NCBI GenBank assembly: GCA_965644295.1
Contig: CBFFRP010000066.1
Span: 434,001 to 498,000, forward strand
Length of the DNA stretch: 64,000 bases
Source of the DNA: Paraphysomonas bandaiensis
Lineage: Eukaryota > Protista > Chrysophyceae
Reading direction: 5' to 3'
Both the position numbers and the translations under genes were made by a program. Below, one piece after another: positions 51,233-63,874 of the stretch (within the stretch, counting starts at the first letter, position 1; each line of letters begins with the position of its first letter). The notes beneath the pieces were generated by a model, which worked only from the letters and a program-made list of their open reading frames with translations, searched no databases and was not told the origin of the DNA.

Positions 51233-51300
51233 CTATATTAGGAATACCGGTGTTCTAGGAAAAAGAAATTTGTCCTAGAGCCCCAGTATTCCTAATATAG
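51233..51300. other. 68-nt imperfect palindrome (stem-loop)
   Basis: CTATATTAGGAATAC (51233-51247) is the exact reverse complement of GTATTCCTAATATAG (51286-51300). Inner TCTAGGA/TCCTAGA arms extend the stem to ~28 bp with few mismatches. Confidence 0.9.
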
Positions 51301-51382
51301 GGTTGTTGAGGGATATAATTTTAGCGAATATCAATGAATGATGAGACATATTTATCATAATTTTAATAATTGATTACTGCGT

Positions 51383-51525
51383 GAGTTCAAAGTTCAGTTA
51401 TTTAACCGTACTCATCCCAAAAGGTCAAAATGTCAAGTGTTGATTGGGTGGCACCGGAATTGGTAGTACCCAACATGAAGTTTGATATTTGGTTGTTGGG
51501 AATATTATCTTTGGGGGATAGTTAA
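51383..51525 (+). pseudogene. Isolated decayed fragment of a Ser/Thr kinase (subdomains VIII-IX, STE20/PAK-like)
   Basis: 51430-51525 reads MSSVDWVAPELVVPNMKFDIWLLGI (WxAPE..KxDIWxLGI). A shifted frame just upstream gives FKVQL..HPKRS. Confidence 0.5.
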
Positions 51526-51805
51526 AATACCTTCATGGAAGTGCGTATCTGAAGGGTAAAGTAAATCACGTTTAAGGTTGATGAAGTACAAGTTTAACTA
51601 CAGTAGTAGGCCCAAAGTGAATTGTATCAGTACTTAAGCAAAATTGCAGGAGAACAGTGTTACCATTAATAACCATTTATTACTTTGTCTAGATCATTAA
51701 AACAAACTACCTCATAAAGAAAATATAATTGAATAACTCCCTTATGTTCACCAAATTCATATCTACAGGGACAACTGGGCAGGCTTAATCGACATCGAAA
51801 TAGCT

Positions 51806-52700
51806 CTATCGCCTGTCGTTGCTGTTACGCCCTTTCTTTTTCTTTGAACTTTTCATGAGAATTACAATAATGCGAATGAGGATAGCCATGAAGTCAAGGA
51901 ACAATTCTAGAGCATGGCCAATCACATCTCGACTGCCAAGTTCCGCCTTCTGCTCAATATAAACGTCAGACAACAGTATGACCATGCAATAAACAAAAAA
52001 TTACTGCTAAAATATAGCATTGTGAAGTATGACATTGTAGCAGAATCATACCTCCAGAATGAGCTGTGTGTCAAAAACGACATATCCTGAAAACACCATC
52101 AAACCGCCGTAGAGTTGGAGGGCGTAAAGGTTAGACGATTGGAAGAAGATATTAGCAAAGCTCAGCAAAAACATTAGGGATATAGCGGAAGAAAGAATAC
52201 CCCCAAGGAAAAGGTAGGAGCGACGCTTGGCCATAATAGCGGACGCAGAGAAGCAAGCGAAGACAGTAACTGTGCCTAACACCGCAGTCATGATTATGGC
52301 GGGGTCAACATCAATAGCTAAGGATATTAGTGGGCCGACAGAAATTCCCTGGAAAACTCCAAACCCACAAAGCATGGCCAATCGTCTAGTTAAATCATGC
52401 TTGTTTTGGTCCATTTGTATCCATAAAATCATACCCATCGACCCCAACAGTCCAAATATGTTACCCATAGACGTTACCATACTAACCCACACACCAACCG
52501 CTGCAGAAACAAGACATGCCACTAGAGCAAGATATACATTGGCAAGATGCTGTTATAGAAGTGTTAGGTGTGTAATAGAAGCCCTATAGACGCACCTGCT
52601 GCACACTCGGACTGTAATCGTTAAGCTTCAACACCTTCGAATAATCAAAACTATTGAAAGTATCAAATGAATTAAACAGTGATGTCAATGGATCACTCAT
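51806..52700 (-). CDS. TMBIM6: Bax inhibitor-1 family membrane protein, 3 exons
   Basis: VQQHLANVY, GISVGPLI, VFACFSASA..AKRRSYLFLGGILSS, LYGGLMVFSGYVVFDTQLILEKA, HALELFLDF and a basic C-terminal tail. Confidence 0.92.
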
Positions 52701-53535
52701 ATTCCTGTTCGTAACTTGATATCTTGAGGTTATGTATATATATGACTGTCTGCTGACTAGATCTGCGATGATTGTGATATGCTGCCTGCTTATATGCATG
52801 TATGTGTATGTATGTATGTGTATGTATGTGTGTGTATGAGTGTAGCTTCAAGAAACATGTGCAAGTATTCCTTGAACTTGAAAATAGATTAATTTAGGGT
52901 TTCTACAGGAGAATATATGGGGTTTCTATATCGATTACACGTAATATGTGGGATATTTATTGAAGGAGAAGGAAATATCAGAGATTTGTTTTATTCTGGA
53001 CAATTCTCTGCTGTGTTCTGGAAATTTAGCCACGTGTCAACACAAAAACAACCTCTATGATCTGCTGATGGTGATACCTTCTCATCATTCCGCAGAATTT
53101 TTTTAAAAAAACTGAAAGAATAATCAAGCTACCGTTTTATTTTTTGTGTGTGTATGAGGGTAGGGGGCTGTACGTATATTTCCATAGCTAACCTCTCGGT
53201 CATCTATAGCAGTTAGAGCTGTATATGTAGCTGTTGTTAACTGGCGTGTATGTATGTACTGTGTATGTATACGTGTGTATGGTATGTATATCTGGACTGT
53301 ATATGTATATGTATGTATATGTATGTATGGTACAGTAGAGCGATGAAGTTACGTCTCACTATTACTAACTTCCAGAGATAGAACTATATAACTATATCCC
53401 ACACCCCTGAGAGGTCAATCACCCTCTGATACCCTCCTCTATCAACCTCTCGATCCCTCTACTACTACCTCTCATTACATAGTGTTCATATCCTGTATAT
53501 CCACTCACACAGCTCTGTCGAACCATATCTCGCAC

Positions 53536-56500
53536 ATGGCAGCTGTTAGCTCAGGTATATCCGGACCCTCCTCGAATAAGTTCTCCCTATTCAGTGCGGG
53601 CCTTCATGGTAAGATCCTGAGTGATCCTGAGGGCCCTTCATCTCCAAAGATCCACTCAGCTCGATCAAAACAGTCCACTGCTTCTAAAACTAAACCTAAA
53701 CGACCCTCAAGCGCTAATCCAAGAATCAGATCTTCTCATCACCATCGTGAACAACCAGGGCGGAGTAATCCATTTACTCAACCGCCTGCTCAACCGAATG
53801 TTAAGCGTGCTTCGGATCCTCCCGTTGCTGATTATGACGGAAGAAACTTAAGCGTTCTTGCAAGGTGATATATCGATGATACTCTACACATACATGACCT
53901 GAACTGAACCTTTCCTTATCATAGGGAGGAGCTTATACACTCACTGACTGAAGTGAAGAAGCAAAACCGAGCAAATGAAAATGTAATTGCACAACTGAAA
54001 GCAGACAACCAGAGGTAAGTTTTCCCTTATCAGTACGTTCTGGGCTTATAGAATAAAATACTAGAATGGAAAACGAAATAACAAAGCAGCAACACCGTAT
54101 TGACAAAATCCTTAGTCCACAGTTTGCAAAGAACACTCATTTAGTATTAGAAATTAAGAAAGAAATCGAGAAAAGCGTATTAGTTCGACAACTTAAGGCT
54201 CAGGTCAGTTGTGTGTAATTTTCACGCACACCTTGTGCTGTAGTTATTTGTATATCCAGATGCTCAATCTTCGTGCAACAATTGCAGAACGAGATGCGAC
54301 GATAGAGGCAATGCAAAAGAAAGTAGGCTCTTCGAATTTAATTGAGCTCACAGCTGAGAAAGAGGAGTACTTTACAGAGGTTTGTTGTTTATATGTTGTA
54401 AACATGGTGAAGTTTAGGGTAGTCTTTGGCTGTATCAGCAGTAGTGTAACGGTGTTCGTTGTGTGTAGATTAAGCGCTTACGGAGAGTGATTGCTGAAAA
54501 GGATAAAGAGATACAGAAAGAGAAGGAGAGTAGAGCATGGGAGCAAAATGGAGCACACTCTGTGGAAGGTGCTGTTTTGTGGTGTTGTATTACTTGTATT
54601 GTGTGTTGTTAGGAGATTGCTTCCACCTGGCACTAAATCTAATGTAAATAGGGGATTTACGCGAAGAAATTCACCGCTTGTCCCAAGGGTATCAGCAGGT
54701 CCTAGAACGACTAGAAGATACCCTCGGATCCAGGGTAGGTTCACCCCGCACAGGCACGGGTACACCGAATTTAACCCCGCGGGATGGAACGGGGCGCCTG
54801 AGAGGACCCTCTCGACCTATGCCTGGAGGCAGAAACAAATCTCGGCCAAAGTCAGCCACATCAACAGGAACTGCGAAGGTGGCTGCAATGGCCCCTGATG
54901 TGCCTGCTTCCGACAGTTCTTTACCTAGACACGTATGTTTACTGTCAGTTGTACATTTGTTCATTTTCAGAGTTTTGTTTTATGTGATGTGGATCGTTGA
55001 GTTGATGTATTGATTAGTACGCAGTATACATTGTATGACTTAGTGAAATACAGGATCCCACATCACTTGACTACATTGATCCGGTCCTGACGACGTTTGA
55101 CAACGCCCAGAAAGATACCCCTGTAACTGATCTGAAGGAGTACATTAGCCGACCCACTAAGTCCGCTGAATCCGAGTCTCCATTCCCTCATCTGGTATTA
55201 TGAATTGCCATCAATTAGTGCTGTGTTATTTGTGCTATATTTTTGTGATGCTTATTTTCTAATTATTTTGTTGTATAGGCCTCTCAAAAAGATGAGAAAC
55301 CCTCCTCTCTTCTCGAATTCAGTGAAGATGATGCTGCTGTGCGCAACGGCCCCACCAGAATTGTCGCTGACGTTGGGCGTGGGAACAGTAACGATGTTCT
55401 TCCTTTAGGGTGCTTGGTGGAAGTTCGATTTGGTAAAGGCGGAACATTTTACCCGGGTAGAATATGTGGTAACACTGGTGGGTCGAACGGGACGTACGAC
55501 ATTGACTACGATAATGGTAATCATGAATCGGGCGTAACACGAGATATGATTCGAGTGGTTGGCGGTGTGCTTGACTCGGCTACTAAGTTCAAACCCGGCG
55601 AGCGGGTTGAAGCCATGTTCACTGGGGATGGCAGTAATAACTGGTACAAAGGAGTTGTGTCTGCCGTGAATGACAACGGGACCTATCGAATCGACTACGA
55701 CGATGGAGACAGAGAGACTGCAGTCCTCGAAGAAAATATCAAGTCGTTGGAGACAGATCAGGGGCGGTTCAAGGTGGGCGACAGGGTACAAGGTCTCTTT
55801 GACGACTCGAATTGGTACCCCGCCACTGTCGCAACCGTGACAGGAAACAAATATAAGCTTGACTACGATGACGGCGATGTCCAAGAGGATGTTACCGAGG
55901 ATCGAATGAAGCCAATGGCTGCTCCAGACTTGAAGGAGCCACAGATGGAGTCTAAGTACCGAGTGGGTGATCGCATTCTTGCAAAATATGGCGGGAAGAC
56001 TAAGTATTACCCTGGTGTGATTAGTCAGGTCAGAGCGGACGGTACCTATGACATTAGATACGATGACGGCGAGTCAGAAAAGAATGTACCCGATCATTTG
56101 ATAAAGCCAAAGTCGAGTCAATCTGCAACGGGTTTGAAATTTGCAACTGGGGATTACGTTATGGTCAGGTACCGTGGGGGAAAAAAACAATATCCCGGAA
56201 CCGTTCGGAAGGTATGGTCCAATGGCACGTACGATATCGACTACGATGACGGCGAAGAGGAGCGATTAGTGCCTGAAAATATGGTGGAGCACGTAGGGGG
56301 ACACATTCAAGCTCCATCTCCAGGTCCATCCACGTATTCCATTGGTGCTAGAGTTCAGGTGCAGTATCGTGGGAAAGGAAAGTTCTTCCCAGCTGTAATT
56401 TTGCGGCGTTGTGATGGGCAAGATGAGCAATATGATATTGGATTTGATGACGGAACGAAAGAGGAGAGGGTGGGAATCGCTCACATTCGGCCCCAAGGAG

Positions 56501-57018
56501 AAGACAAGCAACCCTCTAAAGCAGCAAACAGTCCTCACAAACGCGATGAGTTCAAACATGGGGATATGGTGGAGGCAAAGTTTGGGGATGAAAATAAGTT
56601 CTATAGAGGTGTAATATCTGGGGTTAATGACGATGGAACCTATGTGGTGGAATACGAAGACGGTGATCGCGAGTCAAAAGTGTTACCTACTAATATGCGA
56701 AAGGTCGACAGTAACTCTGTGAAGAAAGATGCTATTGAAAACTCTGTGGAGAGTGCAGTCCCCAAACCAGTTGTTTCGTCGCAGGGTGAAGAGTACAATA
56801 CCACTCAAGAAACGACAGGAACGGCAGGGGAAGCCCCGGCTCCCGATAAAGTAGTTGATGCCGACCTCAATGACTATTTCGCTTGGTTATGTGATGAGGA
56901 TGATAATGATGACGAAGAAATTGGAGCGAATCTGGATGCCGGAGAGAGTGGGCAGATTCCACCTTATGACCTCGATGCCGATGCCAATGATGATTATGGC
57001 GAAGACTTCGAAGATTGA
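53536..57018 (+). CDS. Coiled-coil (IQCE/lebercilin-like) protein with 7 tandem Tudor/SH3-like barrel repeats and an acidic tail, multi-exon
   Basis: Spliced N-terminal exons give REELIHSLTEVKKQ..RMENEITKQQHRIDKIL..LVRQLKAQMLNLR..EKEEYFTEIKRL. The last exon has seven F/Y.vGdrV....yyPg.I....G.YdI.YDDGd.E..V repeats. Confidence 0.8.
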
Positions 57019-58706
57019 GCTAGTTTCGGAATTCGCACTGATGAGTGCCTCTTTATATATAGCGAGTGTTGAATATTATTATGTGGTATAATGTATGATG
57101 AATGAAAGGTACTTCAAAGTATTTTATCTGCGTCAATGGGACCATGGTAGTCTATTTCACTCTGATATGACTTAATATTTAGTTAATAAGGTGTGCATGA
57201 CTCTGAACTAGCAAGACTAGTGGATAGAACTTTTAGAGTAAATATTAGAAATGGCCCTTATTTTATCACAACAGAAACCTTATTCAAACAAGCATAAAAT
57301 GAATTTAATACTTTCAGTATTCGTTTATACATGGTACATGCCAATCATCGTTAGCTTCACTACCTTTTCGGTACACACAGTATTGGGTTTAGATTAAAGT
57401 TGAACGATTATAACCATTAAAGAAAAATGCATTACATAGGTTAAATTGAGTGGTATGAAAGATGGTGACTGTTGTATATGATCATCACTGTATACTGTCT
57501 GATACTACTATCTCATTGTTTGCATGATGTGCAGTTAATCGATTCAGAGAGTTGCAATGACTACAGAAGAAAGTAATAGAAATATAGTTGTAACTGCTTG
57601 AGTTCTATGCTCAAAAAATGTCAACGATGTCAAGTTTATTGCATACAGAAGTATACAATATAGTGTTATTGTCTATTAAAAGTTTTATATCACATATGCT
57701 AATACATCATAATAGTTTTAGTTCGTCAACTATGCTGTTGAAACGTGTCTGCTTCGTCCAGCAAGCATAATATGTACACGATTTGTAATTTACTTTCGAG
57801 CACTGTTCCAAATCTACTCCGTAGATGTAGCTGGTATCTACTGTACAAGATATCTTGTATGAATATCATCAACGGTCGGCTCAAAGTACCCTATTCTGTA
57901 AGTAAGTAACACTGTCGATAGCCGCCATTTTCAAGCTGGCGATGACGTTCATGCAGATGTATATGTGGAGTTGACAGCAGCGCACAGCATTCATAGAGTC
58001 ACAGTGACGACAGCTAACCCTAATCAACATCGACGAAGAGAACCAGCCAGCACATGAATTCAAGCAACAGCGAAAGAGACGCAGCTGTGGATAGTATGAC
58101 TATGATGAAGGCCTGCTCGTCAGTTCCCCACCTTCACTCTCATCACTGTCACTGTCACTGTCACTGTCCTCATCATCTAACCCTCTCCGTTGATTGATCA
58201 ATAGACATACAGAGCGGACTCCTTCCCTGCATGGATGTGCGTGTAGATAGGCCAGATATTACATGAAACCCCCCTTTTCTATTAAAACATTGATTTCTGT
58301 CGGATTGTTCTAGAAAATGAAGGTTTTCAACATGACACAATTCTATAATGTTCAGAAAGCTGTTTTTTTGTGCGATATGTCCAGTTTCCAACACACTCCA
58401 CGTATGAAATAGAACTACGACGTCGTATATAGCATTCGTACTTCTCTATACATACATACAGTGCCACAGTACACCAAATATACACTATATAACCGTTAGT
58501 TTTCTGGTATGTACTGCTGCACTCTATAGAATGTACCTATACACTATATGTCTATATATGTACATGACATGCAGGGGAAGCATGTCTAGATGTAGACTGT
58601 AACGAGTACGCCCCCATGCATCCAGCAGTACACTCTACGCATAGCTCGCTATCTCATACATACAACACCCACATCAAGCAGAGTGTCTCGAGTAATGCCC
58701 CCATAG

Positions 58707-60128
58707 ATGACACATAACATCAAACACACCGTTCTCAACCTCCCGTGTGTCCTGGAGGCCATCATTGAGTACCTGTCATGTCCCTCTACTCCCCCACTGC
58801 AGTCGCCCTCGTCTCTGCCCCTCATCCTCTCATTCAGACATCTCTTCGCATCATTCAAACAGCAGATCGATTCATGTGGGTATAAGCCCGTCATACTCAT
58901 AGCATGCGAGAGGCGGAGGCTCATACGGTCTCTTCATATGGTAAAGTGGGCGATATCGATCGGCTGTTCGTTCCGTGTAAACTCGTCTGATTATCTGTGT
59001 CGCTATGCTGCTGAAGGAGGACACTTTGATATCATTCAATGGGCAAGATCTCAGTCAAAGCCTTATCCGTGGAGCTCGAAAACTATTGCGGCTGCATGTA
59101 GTTATGGTGATATCGCGATACTGGAGTGGCTGCGGTCTCGTGATCCTCCGTGCCCCTGGGATCCCTCTGCATATGTGGCCGCAATTAAAGCTAATCGCAT
59201 GGATGTGTTGAAATGGCTACGTTCAAAGGATCCGCCGTGCCCGTGGGATGAATCACTTTGTTCGGCAGCCGCAGCAGCTGGAAACACGCATATACTTTCG
59301 TGGCTACGTGCCCAGGATCCTCCTGCTCCATGGGATGAATGGACATGTGCTGAAGCTGCTAAAGCTGGTCATTTTGAAATTCTTCACTGGGCACGCACGG
59401 AGCGTTCGCCGTGCCCTTGGGGTCCGTGGGTTTGCGCTTACGCCGCTCTGGGCGGTCAACTTGACATTCTGCAGTGGCTTCGATCAAGAGATCCCCCTTG
59501 TCCATGGTGCGATTTCACTAATATATTTGCAGCTCAGGCGGGACACCTAGAAATACTTGAGTGGATTCAGACAGATGAGTCGCCGTGTCCTCTAACGTCT
59601 CGTGTGTGTGCGTGTGCGGCCTTAAAAGGTCATCTTGATATCATTCAATGGGCGCGACAGCAGACACCTCCGTGCCCTTGGTATGAAGATACTTGCGCTA
59701 ATGCTGCTCGAGGGGGGCATCTAAAGCTTATTCAATGGATAAGGGCACAGTCTCCACCTTGCCCTTGGGATGAAAGTACCTGTGCATACGCTGCTGAAGC
59801 AGGACATTTACATGTTCTCCAGTGGGTAAGGGCTCAAACTCCTCCGTGTCCATGGAATTGGAGGGCTTCATTCCATGCTGTCAGAGAGGGACAACTCCAT
59901 GTTCTGCAATGGATGCGATCCACAAATCCACCATGCCCGTGGAATGAGAGAAATTGCCGCCAACACGCTCTGCAGGGGTGTCACTATGATATTGTTAACT
60001 GGATAGACAGTCAAAGAAAACCTAGTACAGCTTTAAGTACTAAACTCAAAGAAAGAGCTGTTCTTTATAAGCCTTCGAAAAAAAATTCATCGAAGCCTAC
60101 TCAAAATCGTACCAATAGAGTCAAGTAA
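58707..60128 (+). CDS. Ankyrin-like repeat protein of the CPW type (~12 repeats of 29 aa), intronless
   Basis: Repeats of DE.TCA.AA..GHL.ILQWLR.Q.PPCPW. Confidence 0.9.
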   Translation: MTHNIKHTVLNLPCVLEAIIEYLSCPSTPPLQSPSSLPLILSFRHLFASFKQQIDSCGYKPVILIACERRRLIRSLHMVKWAISIGCSFRVNSSDYLCRYAAEGGHFDIIQWARSQSKPYPWSSKTIAAACSYGDIAILEWLRSRDPPCPWDPSAYVAAIKANRMDVLKWLRSKDPPCPWDESLCSAAAAAGNTHILSWLRAQDPPAPWDEWTCAEAAKAGHFEILHWARTERSPCPWGPWVCAYAALGGQLDILQWLRSRDPPCPWCDFTNIFAAQAGHLEILEWIQTDESPCPLTSRVCACAALKGHLDIIQWARQQTPPCPWYEDTCANAARGGHLKLIQWIRAQSPPCPWDESTCAYAAEAGHLHVLQWVRAQTPPCPWNWRASFHAVREGQLHVLQWMRSTNPPCPWNERNCRQHALQGCHYDIVNWIDSQRKPSTALSTKLKERAVLYKPSKKNSSKPTQNRTNRVK

Positions 60129-61229
60129 AGAAAGATGTGTCGTTTGTATCGTGGTCTGTCATGGAAACACTTAGACGTCAGTATTCATATGGCGTTTGTC
60201 AATAAATATTATAGATACGGGGTTACTGTGATTTTATTCGAATAGAACTTCAGTGTTAGTTGTTTTCATATTAGTGTATCAAGTAGCTAATAATTCTATT
60301 CTTTTTAGCAGTAAAATTTAACTTGAAACAGTAGAACACAGGTAGATTCACGAAGTACTAAATTGATGAGATAGTTGATCATATCAGTGTGATTTATGAT
60401 TTACTGGTTAAATTTTTGTTCTGGGCATTGCAGCTGAAATTATATTGCTGGGTTGTGGGTTGGGCTCGGAATATATATTGATATATTGTATGTCAATATC
60501 AAAACAAAATAAATCTGTGATATTGCAATTCAGCCACCAAAAGTTTTAAGTGCTAAAACCGTTAGTATTAGTATACAGTTGTCACTGTACAATATACAAT
60601 TAGGATTCAGCTTAATACAAGATTGTAGCTGTGAGTTATAATGTTCAATGAAATATATCATGAACTGCATTAGAGAGAGTATATGTTGAAGATACATGAT
60701 CGTCATCATAACGTCGTCATTATCAGTTACACTTCTAACTATTCCGTTGTGTATAATAGTTATGTTTTATGTTGCTATTCATAATTCTCACTTCACTGTA
60801 TTCATTACTTTACACTCTAATAATCACAACATTGGTTTACTATTACTAAAATCAATTCTTTATTTATACTTATTCAGTATCGTACTACATCAAGCACTTA
60901 CACTTTATACTATACACAGTGATGGATTGTAAAATATAAAACCAACTTCGTATCCTCGAGGTCATAAACTTTAAAAATACTCTCAAACAACATGTATACA
61001 ATATTTAACATTGTTATTTTTATTCGTATAGAAGACCGAGACGCGGATTTCTCTATTTATGTCAGTTGTCATAATACGGTTTGACTATATTCAATACCGG
61101 CACTGAGAGTCTATATAGCAATTTAAAAGAAATAAAACAGAAATATCAGCATCTCATATATTGGAGAGTTGCATTGATAGCCTTGTATGTATGAGCCGCA
61201 ATCACCATCCTCTACAGCCAGATTCAGAA

Positions 61230-63874
61230 TTAGCGATGTCGTGCTTCCAATATTCTCCTATTCCGTGCAACTTGGCTCCTCCTATACTCCTCGAACAAGG
61301 ACTTCTCGTCGACAGATGAGATATCATTATTGGGTGCATCGCTGAAGCTCAACACAGAGCTAGCTCTCATTTGCTCCCCCACCTCGGACATTTCTTCACT
61401 GTCCATAGATTCCCAGCGAGGAGACTTGGTACTGTAGATAATGAAAAAACAGTATATGAGGGCAGCCACTCCAACAGAATATTCCTACCTCAAGATACCA
61501 TCGTCGTTCTGCCAAGTCACTAGCCCACTGCGCGTAAATAGGTAGAGGTTTATCACAATAACCACACCACATAGTCCCCAGAATACAACAAGTCCATGTT
61601 TGTAATTTAAAAGCTGGTCAGTGTATCTGCCACGCATAGAAGTTAAGTAATTTATTACACACACTGTCAGGCCATGCAAACAAGTCATCTAGCAACATTT
61701 AAGCTCATACCCTCCATCCTCTTGAAAGTTCATGCCATACACCCCAGCAAGAAATGTCATAGGCAAAAAGACTGTTCCGATCAGGGCCAGGTTAGTCTGT
61801 TCATACAGTGTAGTAGCAATTGCTAAGTACATATCCTGCGACAAACATGCACGATACACACCTGGTTGTATTCGGATCGGATACTAGTAACATGGCTCAT
61901 AGCTACAGGAAACCTTGAGTGTCGCATTACAATAATAAGAACAGAAACCCCACCATTTTCCACAGCGAGGACATCGTGCAGCTGGCGTTCCAGACAAGTG
62001 GATTTAAATACGTAGCTGTCCACCAAGCACGATATAAAAACAAGATGCTCCCAATTGATGTGATTGTTCGATGAAAGGATCTCAAATTGACCTATTAATA
62101 TTCATTATTCGATTCTACTGGCACATTTAATACATACTCGATGTTTTGTTCATAATAGCTTGAAGGTTCTGGTGAATCTCGTCCACTAATCGATCCATCA
62201 TCTTCAAAACCGCGAGTAAACTTCAACAACAACAGGAATTAGATTCCACAACAATCACAAGGACCACACACACATTCCAACTTTGCGATGAAAGTGTAGC
62301 TTTTGCTTGTACGAGATGTGTCGGTGCACCTGTATTATGATGTAAGAACCTGTCCCTCATTCCGTCTTACAACTGACATACCTGTTGTTTGAGATAAAAT
62401 ATAGTCCTACTGATGAATTCAATCAAGCTGTCAGACTCTGCAAGAACTTCAGTGCCTGTTAAATAACACGAGTTTAAAGGGGTAATGTAGGCAGCGAATT
62501 CATACAAACCTATCTCATACATCATGTAGAAGGCCCCTCTTTTGCATACAGTATCATACATCTTCACCGTACAGTTAGATTTAGATAACAAGTGATAAAC
62601 TCGACATACCTCTTGCGTCATTCTAGAGATGAGATTACAGATAGCAGATGGCTTTTCAGTTTTGAGGTAGACGCCTATGAGAGAACAATAAACACGACAG
62701 AGTGATGCTGTGGTTTAAATACGCATGCAATGTACTGTACTTGATTTACGGGCAAGTCCCCCAGGGTGCCTTGCAACTGGGCTGCCTACAGGAGCTGGAT
62801 GCCCATTTAAACCAACCTCGTCTTTTCCTGGACCACCGCTTCTTTCTGCCCGCAGTTCTCCATTCAAGGGGTTTGGAGAAACCCACTCAGGCGGAAGAGC
62901 ATCACCACTAGGTGTCAGGGGCTGCGGAGGTTCGTAAACAGCTGCACCGACAGTAGTTGGAATGTTGGACTTTGCATTAGCCTGGCGATCCGGTGCAATA
63001 GATGAATCAGATTCATCATCCGGCTCACAGATTAATTCTCTCTCGTAAGTGATCACAAACCTAATTGTATATTAATATCCGATTACGGGAGCAAAATTTT
63101 CGCACCGATTAGTGTTGAACGTGTAGATCTGCAACAAAGAATAAGGTAAACACCATGCTACTCCGTTATGGGTACCTTGTGCATTTCAGCATCATCACCA
63201 GCCAGCACCATTGTACAAAATGACACCTAGGACCTTATTAGAAACAACTACAGAACCTACTTTCAAGTACATACAAATAACCCGTTGTCAATCGCACTGA
63301 TAGCAGAATGGCCTCTACAAAAAGTGTAATCGGTTATTGCAATGTATTGCCACTGATGTTAATTCAAGCATACCTTAAATCGTAGAAATGAGAAAGAGGA
63401 ATCGGATGAACTTTTAGTTTTTTCCCGATGGCAGCAAGTGCTCTTAGGTCTTTGACGTTAAACCATGTTATCCCTCTAACACACAGTCTGCTATTAAAGA
63501 AAGCAACAAACAACTCGTAGCTCATGTCCGTACCCCTCTGGGATCTGATAGGAACTGAGAGTGGCCTCTAAGTCAGCGTATATAATAGCCCGGGGCTTCT
63601 GTACAGTGCCGCCCTTATGAAACTCCACCACCTCACACACCACCTCATGAGGGGGCATATCTCCCATCTCTTTCGTGTAATCAAAGTCACCTGTTGCTCT
63701 GAATGTGTGATGATTGTTGTGGAACTCCAGTGATCTGTGATAGAGATAGTCCAGAGACACTAACCGCTTCTGGTCCAACACGGTCCATGTCGAGGGAATA
63801 TCCGCCCAGAAGAAGCCCTCCTGGACACTGCGGTTATCGCTAGACACTGATTGATGAGGGGGGTTAGGGGCCAT
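61230..63874 (-). CDS. CorA/Mrs2/Alr1-superfamily Mg2+ transporter, many short exons
   Basis: LALIGTVFLPMTFLAGVYGMNF (GMN motif near 61730), followed by hydrophobic helices. Upstream exons can be joined through GT-AG introns. Confidence 0.85.

Noticed and set aside
57025-57075. CTGATGA hammerhead-ribozyme core candidate
   Set aside because: No properly placed GAAA or stems I-III; only a short GCACT/AGTGC hairpin.
60684-60992. Possible solo LTR (TGTTG..CAACA)
   Set aside because: No target-site duplication, and no second copy in the window.
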